From the IMG/VR virus record IMGVR_UViG_2511231028_000004, positions 1-64,000 of that record: a stretch of 64,000 nucleotides of DNA. The stretch is one strand, 5' to 3'. The DNA is from a virus. Taxonomy: Duplodnaviria > Caudoviricetes. Every line of letters starts with the position of its first letter. The stretch's first letter is position 1. The notes beneath the pieces are model-generated. The model made no database searches, had not been told where the DNA came from, and was given only the letters and a program-made list of their open reading frames with translations. A program made the position numbers and the translations under genes. Of this stretch, positions 27,148 through 36,234 are shown one piece after another.

Positions 27148-27425
27148 TGGACCAGCTGCACAGCGCTCATGAGGGCGTCGTGACCTTCGAGCCGCTGACG
27201 CTCGGCCGCGAGGCTGTGATGCTCGGCAAGGTGCGCGTTGGCGAGATCCATGCGATCGAGGGCGATCGGCACCAGGCCTGCTTCCGCCTGCACCTGCCTG
27301 AGGCGTCGGCCTCGACCAGTTTCCGCCCGGCCAGCGACGTCGACGAAGCCAAGCGCCTCACCCTGGTCAAGATCAACGATTGGCTCAATGCGGCCGGCCT
27401 GGTGCCGGCGGGAGGGGTGACATGA
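27147..27425 (+). CDS. Hypothetical phage protein
   Basis: TGATG coupling. Confidence 0.65.
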   Translation: MDQLHSAHEGVVTFEPLTLGREAVMLGKVRVGEIHAIEGDRHQACFRLHLPEASASTSFRPASDVDEAKRLTLVKINDWLNAAGLVPAGGVT

Positions 27426-27925
27426 GCGACGACCGAAAGTTTCATGACCAGCAGAAATATGACCTCCTGCAAGCAGCTGAGGCTTTCCGCCGCGCGATGA
27501 TCGAGAGCGGTGCAGTCAATCACGTTTCCCAAGACTCCTACATTGAGCAGCTCCGCGCCCTTGAGCGGGTGCTCAACCCGCTGAACTATCGAGCGCTGCC
27601 GCCTGAAGATCCCGATCACCGCGCGGAGTGCGATCGCTACATGAAGTCCGGCGGCATCCGCCGCGCCTTCGTCACCATCCTCGAACCCGGCAAGATTCCG
27701 GACGGTAAAGGGCCGTTCTTAACCGTCGAGCATCTCGATCGGTTCGTTAAATCGGCGATTGAACGTCATCCGGACCCCGCGACCCACATCATGATCCATC
27801 AGCTCACCTGGGATGGTGAACTTTGGACGGGGTGCGCGCGGGAGAGAGCGGCAATCGATGCCGCGCTAGATGGAGTTGACCCCGCGGCCATGGAAGCGGC
27901 CGGTGATGAGGAGGGCGAGCATTGA
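27422..27925 (+). CDS. Hypothetical phage protein
   Basis: ATGA coupling. Confidence 0.65.
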   Translation: MSDDRKFHDQQKYDLLQAAEAFRRAMIESGAVNHVSQDSYIEQLRALERVLNPLNYRALPPEDPDHRAECDRYMKSGGIRRAFVTILEPGKIPDGKGPFLTVEHLDRFVKSAIERHPDPATHIMIHQLTWDGELWTGCARERAAIDAALDGVDPAAMEAAGDEEGEH

Positions 27926-28236
27926 ATATCGTGTCCTCGCAGTCTTCGAATGTTCCAACAGCCAGCGAGCGGTTCAACCTTGCGCAGCTGAGCGAAGTGA
28001 TGCTCCGCAGAGACCGGCCGGCGGTGGGCTTCTTCATATCGCAGGCACTGTGGGATGCGATGGTGGCGCGCTGGAATCAGGAGAACTTCATCCGTAGTCT
28101 GGACCCTCCACCGACAACACTTCACGGCATCCGGATCATGGTTGATCCCGATCTGCCCGATCAAGAGTTTGACGTCGCTCTGACTGAGGAAGCTTGGTCG
28201 TCGCGGCTGGCCGAGATCAATCGGGGCGAATCCTGA
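27922..28236 (+). CDS. Hypothetical phage protein
   Basis: TTG start overlapping upstream stop. Confidence 0.55.
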   Translation: MNIVSSQSSNVPTASERFNLAQLSEVMLRRDRPAVGFFISQALWDAMVARWNQENFIRSLDPPPTTLHGIRIMVDPDLPDQEFDVALTEEAWSSRLAEINRGES

Positions 28237-28703
28237 TGGTCGCCTATTCCTACAAGGGCCGCTTCGTCGCCCCGATCCGCGTCGGTCTCGGCCTGCCGAT
28301 CCAGGACGAGCACCGCGAACTCGGCGGCTACCAGCCCGGCCAGATCATCAGGCCGAAGACGCAGACGATTCGGGCCATCGGCAAGCGGCGTCATGCCCGG
28401 CCGGGAGAAACCATTCAGCATTACCACGCCCAGCGCTCGCCGAAGTGTTTCAAGGTCGGCGAGGCAAAATGTATGGGCGCCAGCGCAATCCGGGTCTTTG
28501 TTCATAGCGAGCGGGTCGAGATCAGGCCGGACGGATCATCCAGTGATCTGGTCTACAAGGGCGTCGCACTTGATGCATTCGCACGGATGGACGGCTTCGG
28601 CGATTGGGCCGACATGCGCGCCTTCTGGCTCGAGGAGCATGGTCACGAGCTCAAGCATCTCGGGCCGTTCATCGGCGTGCTGATTCAGTGGGGGCCGTTG
28701 TGA
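28236..28703 (+). CDS. ASCH/PUA-like domain protein
   Basis: KTQTIR..G..RPGETIQHY..R; AFARMDGF.DWADMRAFW. Confidence 0.75.
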   Translation: MVAYSYKGRFVAPIRVGLGLPIQDEHRELGGYQPGQIIRPKTQTIRAIGKRRHARPGETIQHYHAQRSPKCFKVGEAKCMGASAIRVFVHSERVEIRPDGSSSDLVYKGVALDAFARMDGFGDWADMRAFWLEEHGHELKHLGPFIGVLIQWGPL

Positions 28704-29020
28704 AACTGCCCGGAAAAACCTCAGTCGCCCGCATGCAGCGCACCGCCATGCTCGAAGCCGAGCGCATCGAGATCGTCCAGGACCACTGGGTCAAGGAAGG
28801 CGCGATCACCGAGCCCGTGCCTTACATGGTGCAGCGCCGTGACGATCTCATGGGTGTGGTGCGCATGATCGATGCCATCAACAGCGATCCGGACCTGCTC
28901 GATCGGGTCAAGAAGCGCATGGCTGCGCTGGCATCGGCCGCGGACGCGGCAATGGCTGCACCGGCGACCACGGTAGGGGGTGAAGACGCCACTATCGATG
29001 ACAGTGAGGTCGCCGACTGA
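28700..29020 (+). CDS. Hypothetical phage protein
   Basis: GTGA / TGATG coupling. Confidence 0.6.
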   Translation: MKLPGKTSVARMQRTAMLEAERIEIVQDHWVKEGAITEPVPYMVQRRDDLMGVVRMIDAINSDPDLLDRVKKRMAALASAADAAMAAPATTVGGEDATIDDSEVAD

Positions 29021-30267
29021 TGGCGCGCATCTCCGAGGACGAACTCGACGACATCCGGGCGCGCAACCCGATCGCCGATATCGCGATGGGCTACACCAAG
29101 CTGCGTCGCGTCGGCGGCCGGCTGGTCGGCCCGTGTCCGATCTGCGGCGGTCGGGCGAGTTCGCAGCGTTTCGAAGTGATCGAAAAGGATGGCAACTGGG
29201 TATGTGCCGTGTGTCCAGATGGCGGCGACGTCATCAGGCTGGTCGAGAAGGTCGAGGGCTGCGACTTCCGCGCCGCGATCGAGAAGCTCGGCGGCCGCAC
29301 GGCGATCGACGCGGCCCGCGCCAAGGAACTTTTCGAGGAACGCGAGCGCAAGCGCATGGCGCGGGAAAAGACGTCGGCCGACTATCGGGAGGCCGAGCGC
29401 AAGCGGCTGCACCGGACGTGGAAGCAGACGCTGCCGATTCATGACACGATCGCGGCCCGCTACCTCGAGGGGCGAGGCCTGCAATTGCCGGAACGCTGTC
29501 CGGGCCTTCGCTTCGCGCCGGCGATACCCTACTGGCACGGCGAGACCGTCGACGAGCACGGCCGCAAAGCGGGCCCGCGCAAGATCCACGAAGGCCCGGC
29601 GATGGTCGGGGCCTTCATCCGGCCGGACGGCAAGTTCGGCGGGCTGCATCTGACCTGGCTTCGCGAATTCCCTGCACACGTAGGTTCGGCCGCCACACTG
29701 CAGGGCGCATCTCCTCAGGGTTCCGGCCATGAGGAGCGACCATCCTTTACCAAAGCCGAGATCCTCGACCCCGACACCGGCGAGATCCTCAACGCCAAGA
29801 AAATGCGCGGCTCCAAGACCGGCGCGTACATCGCCATCGTGATGCACGACGCGCCGAAGCGCCTGGTGATCGGCGAAGGCATCGAGACCGTGCTCTCGGT
29901 CTGGACCGCGATGCACCAGGCCGGACGTCCGGTAGACGGCATGGCCTTCTGGGCCGCCGGCGACCTCGGCAATCTCGCCGGCCGGGCGAACAGGACGATC
30001 AACCACCCGACCTTGAAGCGGCCGAACGGCCAGTCCCAGAAGGTGCCGGATCGATTCCCCGATCTCGACGATCCCGGCCTGTCGATTCCGGATTCCGTCG
30101 AGGAACTGATCCTGCTCGGCGATGGCGACAGCGAAGCCGTGCTGACCGAATACGCCATGGAACGCGCAGCGCGACGCTACGCACGGGTAGGGCGCGTGAT
30201 CAGGATTGCGTTCGCGCCGGCGGGACTGGATTTCAACGATTTGCTCAAGGCTGAGGTGGCGGCTTGA
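29020..30267 (+). CDS. CHC2 zinc-finger / Toprim primase
   Basis: GPCPICGG..WVCAVC..GGDVI; IGEGIET; LLGDGD; DFND. Confidence 0.88.
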   Translation: MARISEDELDDIRARNPIADIAMGYTKLRRVGGRLVGPCPICGGRASSQRFEVIEKDGNWVCAVCPDGGDVIRLVEKVEGCDFRAAIEKLGGRTAIDAARAKELFEERERKRMAREKTSADYREAERKRLHRTWKQTLPIHDTIAARYLEGRGLQLPERCPGLRFAPAIPYWHGETVDEHGRKAGPRKIHEGPAMVGAFIRPDGKFGGLHLTWLREFPAHVGSAATLQGASPQGSGHEERPSFTKAEILDPDTGEILNAKKMRGSKTGAYIAIVMHDAPKRLVIGEGIETVLSVWTAMHQAGRPVDGMAFWAAGDLGNLAGRANRTINHPTLKRPNGQSQKVPDRFPDLDDPGLSIPDSVEELILLGDGDSEAVLTEYAMERAARRYARVGRVIRIAFAPAGLDFNDLLKAEVAA

Positions 30268-31004
30268 CCAAGACATCCCGTTACGCCGGAATTGGTGGCC
30301 ACCATTCCAACCGTCCGCAGACGGTCGAGTGGCTGACTCCGCCATCGATCATCGCCGCGCTTGGCCCGTTCGATCTCGATCCCTGTGCGCCTGTCGACCA
30401 GCCGTATCCAACGGCCGCGCGCACCTTCACGCGACGGGAAAACGGTTTGTTGCAGCGCTGGGAAGGGCGCGTGCGGCTCAATCCGCCCTATACCAACGGT
30501 GAAATCGAGAAGTGGCTCGGTCGTATGGGCGAGCACGGCTGCGGCTCGGCGCTGATTTTCGCGCGCACCGAGACGGAGGCATTCTTTCGGCACGTCTGGG
30601 AGCGAGCATCCGCGCTGCTGTTCATGCGCGGGCGGATCAACTTCCACCTGCCGGACGGACGTCGCGCGGACGGTAACGCCGGCGCGCCGACGGTGTTGTG
30701 CGCCTACGGCATGCATGACGCCGACGTGCTCGCCGCGTGTGAGATCGATGGCCAATTCGTTCCGCTCCGCTTTCCGCGTTCTGTTCTGGTCGCTGTGCTC
30801 GCCGATGCGACCTGGATGGAGATCGTGCGCGAGGCAGTTGCCTCCGCCGGCGCTGACGGGCCCGTGCGCGTCGCGGATATCTGGGACGTGGTCCGCACGG
30901 ACCCCAAAGCCGCAGGCAAGGAACACGCTCGCGCAAAGGTTCGACAGGTTTTGCAGCGCGGCGCCGGCATGAGCATCGGCCGCGATCAGTGGATTCCAGC
31001 ATGA
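30264..31004 (+). CDS. Phage N6-adenine DNA methyltransferase with C-terminal winged helix
   Basis: WLTP..FDLDPCA, LNPPY, ARTET, RGRINF. Confidence 0.88.
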   Translation: MTKTSRYAGIGGHHSNRPQTVEWLTPPSIIAALGPFDLDPCAPVDQPYPTAARTFTRRENGLLQRWEGRVRLNPPYTNGEIEKWLGRMGEHGCGSALIFARTETEAFFRHVWERASALLFMRGRINFHLPDGRRADGNAGAPTVLCAYGMHDADVLAACEIDGQFVPLRFPRSVLVAVLADATWMEIVREAVASAGADGPVRVADIWDVVRTDPKAAGKEHARAKVRQVLQRGAGMSIGRDQWIPA

Positions 31005-31888
31005 TGAGTGGGATCACCCGTCCGCCCGTGCGCTGGCATGGCGCAAAGTTCCTGATGTCGCGCCAGATCCTGCCGCATCTGCCGTCGCACCGGCTCTATA
31101 CCGAGGTCTATGGGGGGGGCGCCGGCGTGTTGCTCCATAAGCCCCGCTCGCATGCCGAGGTCTATAACGACCTCGACGAGGACATCGTCAACCTGTTCCG
31201 CGTGTTGCAGGACACGAGCGCCGCGGCGCGGCTGATCGAGCTGCTGCGCCTGACGCCGTTCGCGCGGGCGGAATTCGAGCTGGCCTATGAATGGTCGCCG
31301 GAGCCGGTCGAGCGCGCGCGCCGGCTAGTCATCCGCTCGTTCATGGGGTTCGGCAGCAATGCGCATTCCTCGACGCAGCGCGGCCATCAATCGACCGGCT
31401 TTCGCTCCAACTCCAACCGCAGCGGCACCACGCCCGCGCACGATTGGGCCAATTTGCCGGAGGCCTATCCGGCGATCGTCGCGCGCTTTCGGGGTGTCGT
31501 GATCGAGCATCGCGACGCGGTCGAGGTGCTCCAGCGCCACGACGGCGAGCGCGCGCTGCACTACGTCGATCCGCCCTACGTCCACGACACGCGCTCGATG
31601 TTCAAGGGCGGCAAGTCTGCCTACAAGCACGAAATGGACCTGGCGGCCCATAAATGCCTGCTCGGCGTGCTGCGCGGCCTCAAGGGCATGGTGGTGCTGT
31701 CCGGCTATGCACACCCGCTCTATGACGCCGCGCTCGACGACTGGCGCCGCATCGAATTCGAGGCCTATGCCGACGGAGCTCGGCCGCGCATTGAAGTCCT
31801 CTGGATCAATCCGTCAGCTGCCGCTGCGCTCGATCGCGAGCATGCCGGCATTGGCGTGACGCCGCTGTTTTGCGGAGGCGCCGCTTGA
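31001..31888 (+). CDS. dam: DNA adenine methylase (Dam/D12 class)
   Basis: WHGAK, YTEVYGGGAGV, EVYNDL, HYVDPPY. Confidence 0.92.
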   Translation: MMSGITRPPVRWHGAKFLMSRQILPHLPSHRLYTEVYGGGAGVLLHKPRSHAEVYNDLDEDIVNLFRVLQDTSAAARLIELLRLTPFARAEFELAYEWSPEPVERARRLVIRSFMGFGSNAHSSTQRGHQSTGFRSNSNRSGTTPAHDWANLPEAYPAIVARFRGVVIEHRDAVEVLQRHDGERALHYVDPPYVHDTRSMFKGGKSAYKHEMDLAAHKCLLGVLRGLKGMVVLSGYAHPLYDAALDDWRRIEFEAYADGARPRIEVLWINPSAAAALDREHAGIGVTPLFCGGAA

Positions 31889-34197
31889 CCATCGAAGCCG
31901 TTCTCGACCTGGTCGACAACGCTCCCGCGTTCGTCGACGTCGACCCTGCAACCCTCGCCCAGGCCGAGCGCAAGTTCGGCAACGAGCAGATGGCCGCAGG
32001 CCTGGCGCATTTGCGCGCCACCGAGGGCGACGATCGCCTGCCGGCGCTGTCAGATCTCGCCGAGCAGCTCGGAGCGCTTGCGGCCGCCGGCGCGATCGCC
32101 GAGGCGCTCGCCAAGGCCTCGCTCGAGGCGGCTGTGGTCGAGATCGGCCTGATCCGTGACCTCGGCGCCAAGGCCGTCAAGGCTGCGGTCGCCGCCGGCC
32201 TCAAGCTCGGCAGAAAGACTCCTGCGGATCTATCGGAGGTGCGACGCGCCGCTTCAGCGGCGCTTGGAGCACCTCACATCAATGGGCGCCCGCGAGAGGC
32301 GGGCGACGATGTGATCTCTTCCACGGCTCTGGCTGCCCCGCCTTCCTCGCCTTCCGGCGACGCAGACGATTCCGGTCAAACCCTCGCATCTCTTTTTGCG
32401 TCTTCCCCTTCGTCTTCCCCCCGCACCCCCTCAGGGGAAGAGAAGGAGGAAGCCGAAACCCTCGAAAACGAGGACGAGGGCGAAAGCCCGCCGGACGAAA
32501 CGATCAGCGATGAGACGTTCCGGGAATGCGCTGACCTCGATCAGTCCGACGTCGACAACGGCAAGCGCCTGATCGCCTATTTCGGGCGCGACCTCATGGT
32601 GCGGCAGGAAGACGACGTCGCGGCGGGCCAGATGCTCGCCTGGACCGGCACGCATTGGGACCTTGCCGGCGGCGAAGCGCTGGCGCACCTGATCGGACAG
32701 CGCGTCGGCGACCTGATCAAGCTCGAAGCGGCCTATATTGAGTTCTCCAATTCGGAGGCGCGCGCGGTCAATGCGGCCGAAGCGGCGGCCAGGGAGCTGA
32801 AAGACATCGTTCCCGACGACACGCCTGAACAATTTGCGAGGGTTGAGGAGCTTCTCGCGCTTGTCGCGGCGGGGAAAAAGGCGCGGACAGCGCTCTCGAC
32901 GCGGCGCGCCAACCGCAAGAAATGGGGTATCTCGACCAAGAATGCCGGCCGCATCGCCGCGATGATCAAATGCGCCGCGCCGCATCTGCGCCGGCATCCC
33001 GACGCGTTCAACGCGGATCCGCTGAAGGTCGCCACGCTGACGCACACGCTCTCCTTAGTGCCGGTGATGGACCCGGAAAACCCTGATCCTGACGGCAAGC
33101 GGCCGCTCGTCGTTGATGGCCGCGTCCAGTACGAACTCGTCGCCAAGCGTGGCCACGACCGCGAGGATTTGCTGACCGCCGTCATCCCCTTCGCCTACAT
33201 CAAGGGCGCAACGGCGCGCGAGTTCGCCAACTTCCTCGACCTGTTCCAGCCGGAGCCGGACAAGCGCCGCACGGTGCAGCAATATTCGGGCATGAGCCTG
33301 ACGGCGCAGCCCGTGCAGCGCGTGATGTTCCATACCGGTACGGGCGGCAACGGCAAGAGCGTCTTCCTCGAGGTGCTGGCGCGCGTCTTTGGCGATGGGC
33401 TGTCGGTCGGCGTGCCGGCGGAAACCGTCTCTGGCGTCGTCGCCAACAATCCCAGCGCACCGACGCCGGATATCGCGCGCTGCTATGCCAAACGCTACTT
33501 GAGAATCGCCGAGCTTCCGAAGGATGCTCCGCTCAAGATGGAAACGATCAAGAAGCTCACCGGCGGCGAGCGCTGGCCGGTGCGCACGATGTACAAGGGT
33601 TATTTCGAGTTCAAGCCGACGGCCAAGCCCCACATGAGCGGCAACGGCGAGCCGAAATTCGACGGCTCCGACGGCGGCATGAAGCGGCGCCTGGCGATCG
33701 TGGAATGGTCCGTGACGCTGCCGCCGGAACGACACCGCGACTTCGAGGACGTCGTCTCCGAGATCGTCGCCGAAGGCTCCGGCATCCTCAACTGGCTCAT
33801 CGCCGGCGCACTCGATTTCCTCAACAACGGCTTCATCCTTTCCGACGACGTACTCCAGACCACGGCCGAGCACTTCGCCGAGATGGATCCCGTCGGCCAG
33901 TTTGCCGATGCTCATGTGAAGCCCGACGTTGGCGGACCAGGCGTGCCCGCTCGCGCGATGTTCCTGGCTTACAAGGCCTGGAGCGAAGCCAACGGCAAGG
34001 CACATATGCACGAAACGCGCTTCGGCCGCACGATGAAGAAGAAGTTCAAGCGCGACGACAGTGGCCGCATTCATCGGTACGTCGACGTTGCCTTGCACGA
34101 CGTGCCGGAGGCGCCAAGCCAACCCGGCGCGCAGGCTTCACCGCCGAATGACGGCTATGAGCCGCCCGACAAATATCCGGGCGACGAGGAAATCTGA
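31885..34197 (+). CDS. P4/D5-family SF3 helicase (phage/plasmid primase P4 family)
   Basis: GTGGNGKS Walker A, IKKLTGGE, RTMYKGYFEFKP, DGGMKRRL. Confidence 0.92.
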   Translation: MTIEAVLDLVDNAPAFVDVDPATLAQAERKFGNEQMAAGLAHLRATEGDDRLPALSDLAEQLGALAAAGAIAEALAKASLEAAVVEIGLIRDLGAKAVKAAVAAGLKLGRKTPADLSEVRRAASAALGAPHINGRPREAGDDVISSTALAAPPSSPSGDADDSGQTLASLFASSPSSSPRTPSGEEKEEAETLENEDEGESPPDETISDETFRECADLDQSDVDNGKRLIAYFGRDLMVRQEDDVAAGQMLAWTGTHWDLAGGEALAHLIGQRVGDLIKLEAAYIEFSNSEARAVNAAEAAARELKDIVPDDTPEQFARVEELLALVAAGKKARTALSTRRANRKKWGISTKNAGRIAAMIKCAAPHLRRHPDAFNADPLKVATLTHTLSLVPVMDPENPDPDGKRPLVVDGRVQYELVAKRGHDREDLLTAVIPFAYIKGATAREFANFLDLFQPEPDKRRTVQQYSGMSLTAQPVQRVMFHTGTGGNGKSVFLEVLARVFGDGLSVGVPAETVSGVVANNPSAPTPDIARCYAKRYLRIAELPKDAPLKMETIKKLTGGERWPVRTMYKGYFEFKPTAKPHMSGNGEPKFDGSDGGMKRRLAIVEWSVTLPPERHRDFEDVVSEIVAEGSGILNWLIAGALDFLNNGFILSDDVLQTTAEHFAEMDPVGQFADAHVKPDVGGPGVPARAMFLAYKAWSEANGKAHMHETRFGRTMKKKFKRDDSGRIHRYVDVALHDVPEAPSQPGAQASPPNDGYEPPDKYPGDEEI

Positions 34198-34232
34198 CCA
34201 TAGAGGGACTCACCTGTTGCAGATAGGTCACC

Positions 34233-34548
34233 GAGGGTCGTGGATTTTGCGAGGGTTCGGCGAGGGTTTGTCAAAAACCCTCGACGTTCGACATGTGCCT
34301 GTGCCGCAAGGGCTTTTGCAATCGTGTCGAGGGTTGCGAGGGTCTCGCGCGCGCATACACATGCGAGAAGGGAAGCGGACGCACAGGGCGCGGAGAGGCA
34401 ACAGCAGGATGGAAAGGATAAGATGACTCAGGCGTTACACGGAAAAACCCTCTCTACCCTCGCACCCCCTCTCTAACCATCGAAGATCATTTGTTATTCT
34501 GCGTTCTAGACCCTCTACCAAACCCTCTCTCAACCCTCGCAAACCCTC
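34233..34548. repeat. Candidate replication origin: 12 GAGGGT/ACCCTC hexamers
   Basis: GAGGGT at 34233, 34251, 34262, 34329, 34338; ACCCTC at 34277, 34447, 34456, 34510, 34522, 34533, 34543. Confidence 0.65.
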
Positions 34549-34736
34549 GAAAGAATAAAAGTGAATTAGAATCTAGACGTTTTTGACTGTTCGGAGCTCT
34601 GGGCAAGCGTTCGAAGTGATGTCCGCGAAATTGGACCCACAGGGGACAGTTTCGTGGACGAAAAACCCTTCCAGATCGGAAGGGTTTCTGACGGCCAGCA
34701 AATCGAGAGGGAAAATCGAGATGTTGGAGCTATCGA

Positions 34737-35399
34737 ATGAAACCGATCGCAGAGGCGTTGGAGAAGCTTTCGCCTGAAGTCCGCGCCGAGCTAGCGAGGC
34801 CGCACGAACGGCGAGATCCCCGCCATGCGGAGATCGTCGTCGGAAATGACCCGCGATGGTATGTGATTGAGGTGTTCGTGTCGGCGCAGTCGGAGGTCGC
34901 CGAAGTGCTCGCTGGCCATCGTTTCGGCGTGTACATGCCCGAAGTGGAGGAAGAGATCATTAGACGCGGGCGCAAGGTCGAGCGACGCGTGCCGATGTTC
35001 TCCGGCTATCTGTTCGTCTTCATGTGGTACAGCGACCAGCACTGGCAGTGCATCAGCGGCATTCCTGGCGTCGTCGAGATCGTCGGCAGCTTGACCGATG
35101 CAGAGATCGACATCGTGCGCGCCATGGAGAACATGAAGCGTCCTGTGGTCATCGATATCGAGCCGGAGCCCGAACCAGAGCCGGTCATCCCGACGGCGAA
35201 GTCCAAAAAGAAGCGCCGATGGAAGGATCGCAAGAAAGCCAAGGCCAAGGCGAAAGCGGCGAAGCCGAAGGTGATCACGGAAGCCGATCTCCGGGCGCAA
35301 ATCATAACTACCCGTGCATGGTCGGCGTTCGACGACGTACTACAGCTTGACAGCGAGGGACGGAATCAGACCTTGATGCGCGCCTTGGGCCTGTCCTAG
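34737..35399 (+). CDS. NusG paralog (NGN domain), putative late antiterminator
   Basis: WYVIEV, GVYMPE, RVPMFSGYLFV, IPGVVEIVG; Q-equivalent position. Confidence 0.85.
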   Translation: MKPIAEALEKLSPEVRAELARPHERRDPRHAEIVVGNDPRWYVIEVFVSAQSEVAEVLAGHRFGVYMPEVEEEIIRRGRKVERRVPMFSGYLFVFMWYSDQHWQCISGIPGVVEIVGSLTDAEIDIVRAMENMKRPVVIDIEPEPEPEPVIPTAKSKKKRRWKDRKKAKAKAKAAKPKVITEADLRAQIITTRAWSAFDDVLQLDSEGRNQTLMRALGLS

Positions 35400-35499
35400 T
35401 ACCGACCGCATCACAACGGAACGCCGGAACGGACCCCATCGAAGCAGAGTTGATGCTTCACACATCCGGCATTGTGCCCAAAGCATGCTATATCGGAAC

Positions 35500-35630
35500 G
35501 GCGCTGCGGTGGCGGAAAACGCACCTAACTGACAGACGCGAAAGTCGGCTTCGGCCGGCGAGCCGAGCGGAATGGTGATATCCGAAGGATCGGCGTATTG
35601 CAGGTTTGAGTCCTGCCCGCAGCGTTACCA
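35500..35630 (+). ncRNA. tRNA-like structured RNA lacking a canonical anticodon arm
   Basis: GCTGCGG/CCGCAGC acceptor, Leu-like GTGGCGGAA...AGACGCG D arm, GCAGG-TTTGAGT-CCTGC T arm, ACCA end. Confidence 0.55.
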
Positions 35631-35661
35631 AAAGCCCGGACACGGAAACGTGCCGGGCTTT
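35631..35661 (+). terminator. Intrinsic terminator-like hairpin upstream of late genes
   Basis: AAAGCCCGG-A-CACG-GAAA-CGTG-CCGGGCTTT. Confidence 0.7.
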
Positions 35662-35776
35662 CGCGTTTGCATAGGGTGTGCGGTAGCGCGGTTCGTTGCC
35701 GCTGCCCTCCTTGGGCGTTTCCTCCCTAGACTTGGGGCGCCTCTTCGGAAGCGGCCTGATCTTTCCCCGGTGATCG

Positions 35777-36139
35777 ATGGCTGGCAGACTGCGCGTCCTT
35801 GGTCAGAAGCTGAAGCCGCCGGCACGCAACCCGCGCATCTCGGTCAGGCCGAAGGAAGCAAAGCCGTTCTATCTGTCTCCAGAGTGGAAGGCCTTGATGC
35901 GCCAGATCATCAAGGTCCGTGGCCGTAGTTGCGAAGATCAGGATCATGACTCGGCACAGCCGCGTCATGGCGTCAGGCTCTACGGTGACCACATCGTCGA
36001 GATCGAGGATGGCGGCGCCAAGCTCGATCCATCCAACGTGCTCTTGCGTTGTGGTCCGTGCCATGGGCGCAAGACGGCAGCGGCCCGCGCGGCCCGCGCA
36101 CACACCGGGGTAGGGGGGAGGTCAATCTCTGGGCCGTAG
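35777..36139 (+). CDS. HNH endonuclease (packaging-associated)
   Basis: FYLSPEWK, DHIVEIEDGG..LDPSN..RCGPCHGRKT. Confidence 0.92.
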   Translation: MAGRLRVLGQKLKPPARNPRISVRPKEAKPFYLSPEWKALMRQIIKVRGRSCEDQDHDSAQPRHGVRLYGDHIVEIEDGGAKLDPSNVLLRCGPCHGRKTAAARAARAHTGVGGRSISGP

Positions 36140-36192
36140 GGAGCCGGAACCGCATGGGTAGTCATGCGCAAAACTTTTTTTCTGGCCCAGAG
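36127..36192. other. Candidate cos site
   Basis: Two co-centred inverted repeats (CTCTGGGCC/GGCCCAGAG; CGCATG/CATGCG) between HNH and terminase small subunit. Confidence 0.55.
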
Positions 36193-36234
36193 CTTTGAAT
36201 CAATCGAACGACAATCAAAGAAATCAAACCGCCC

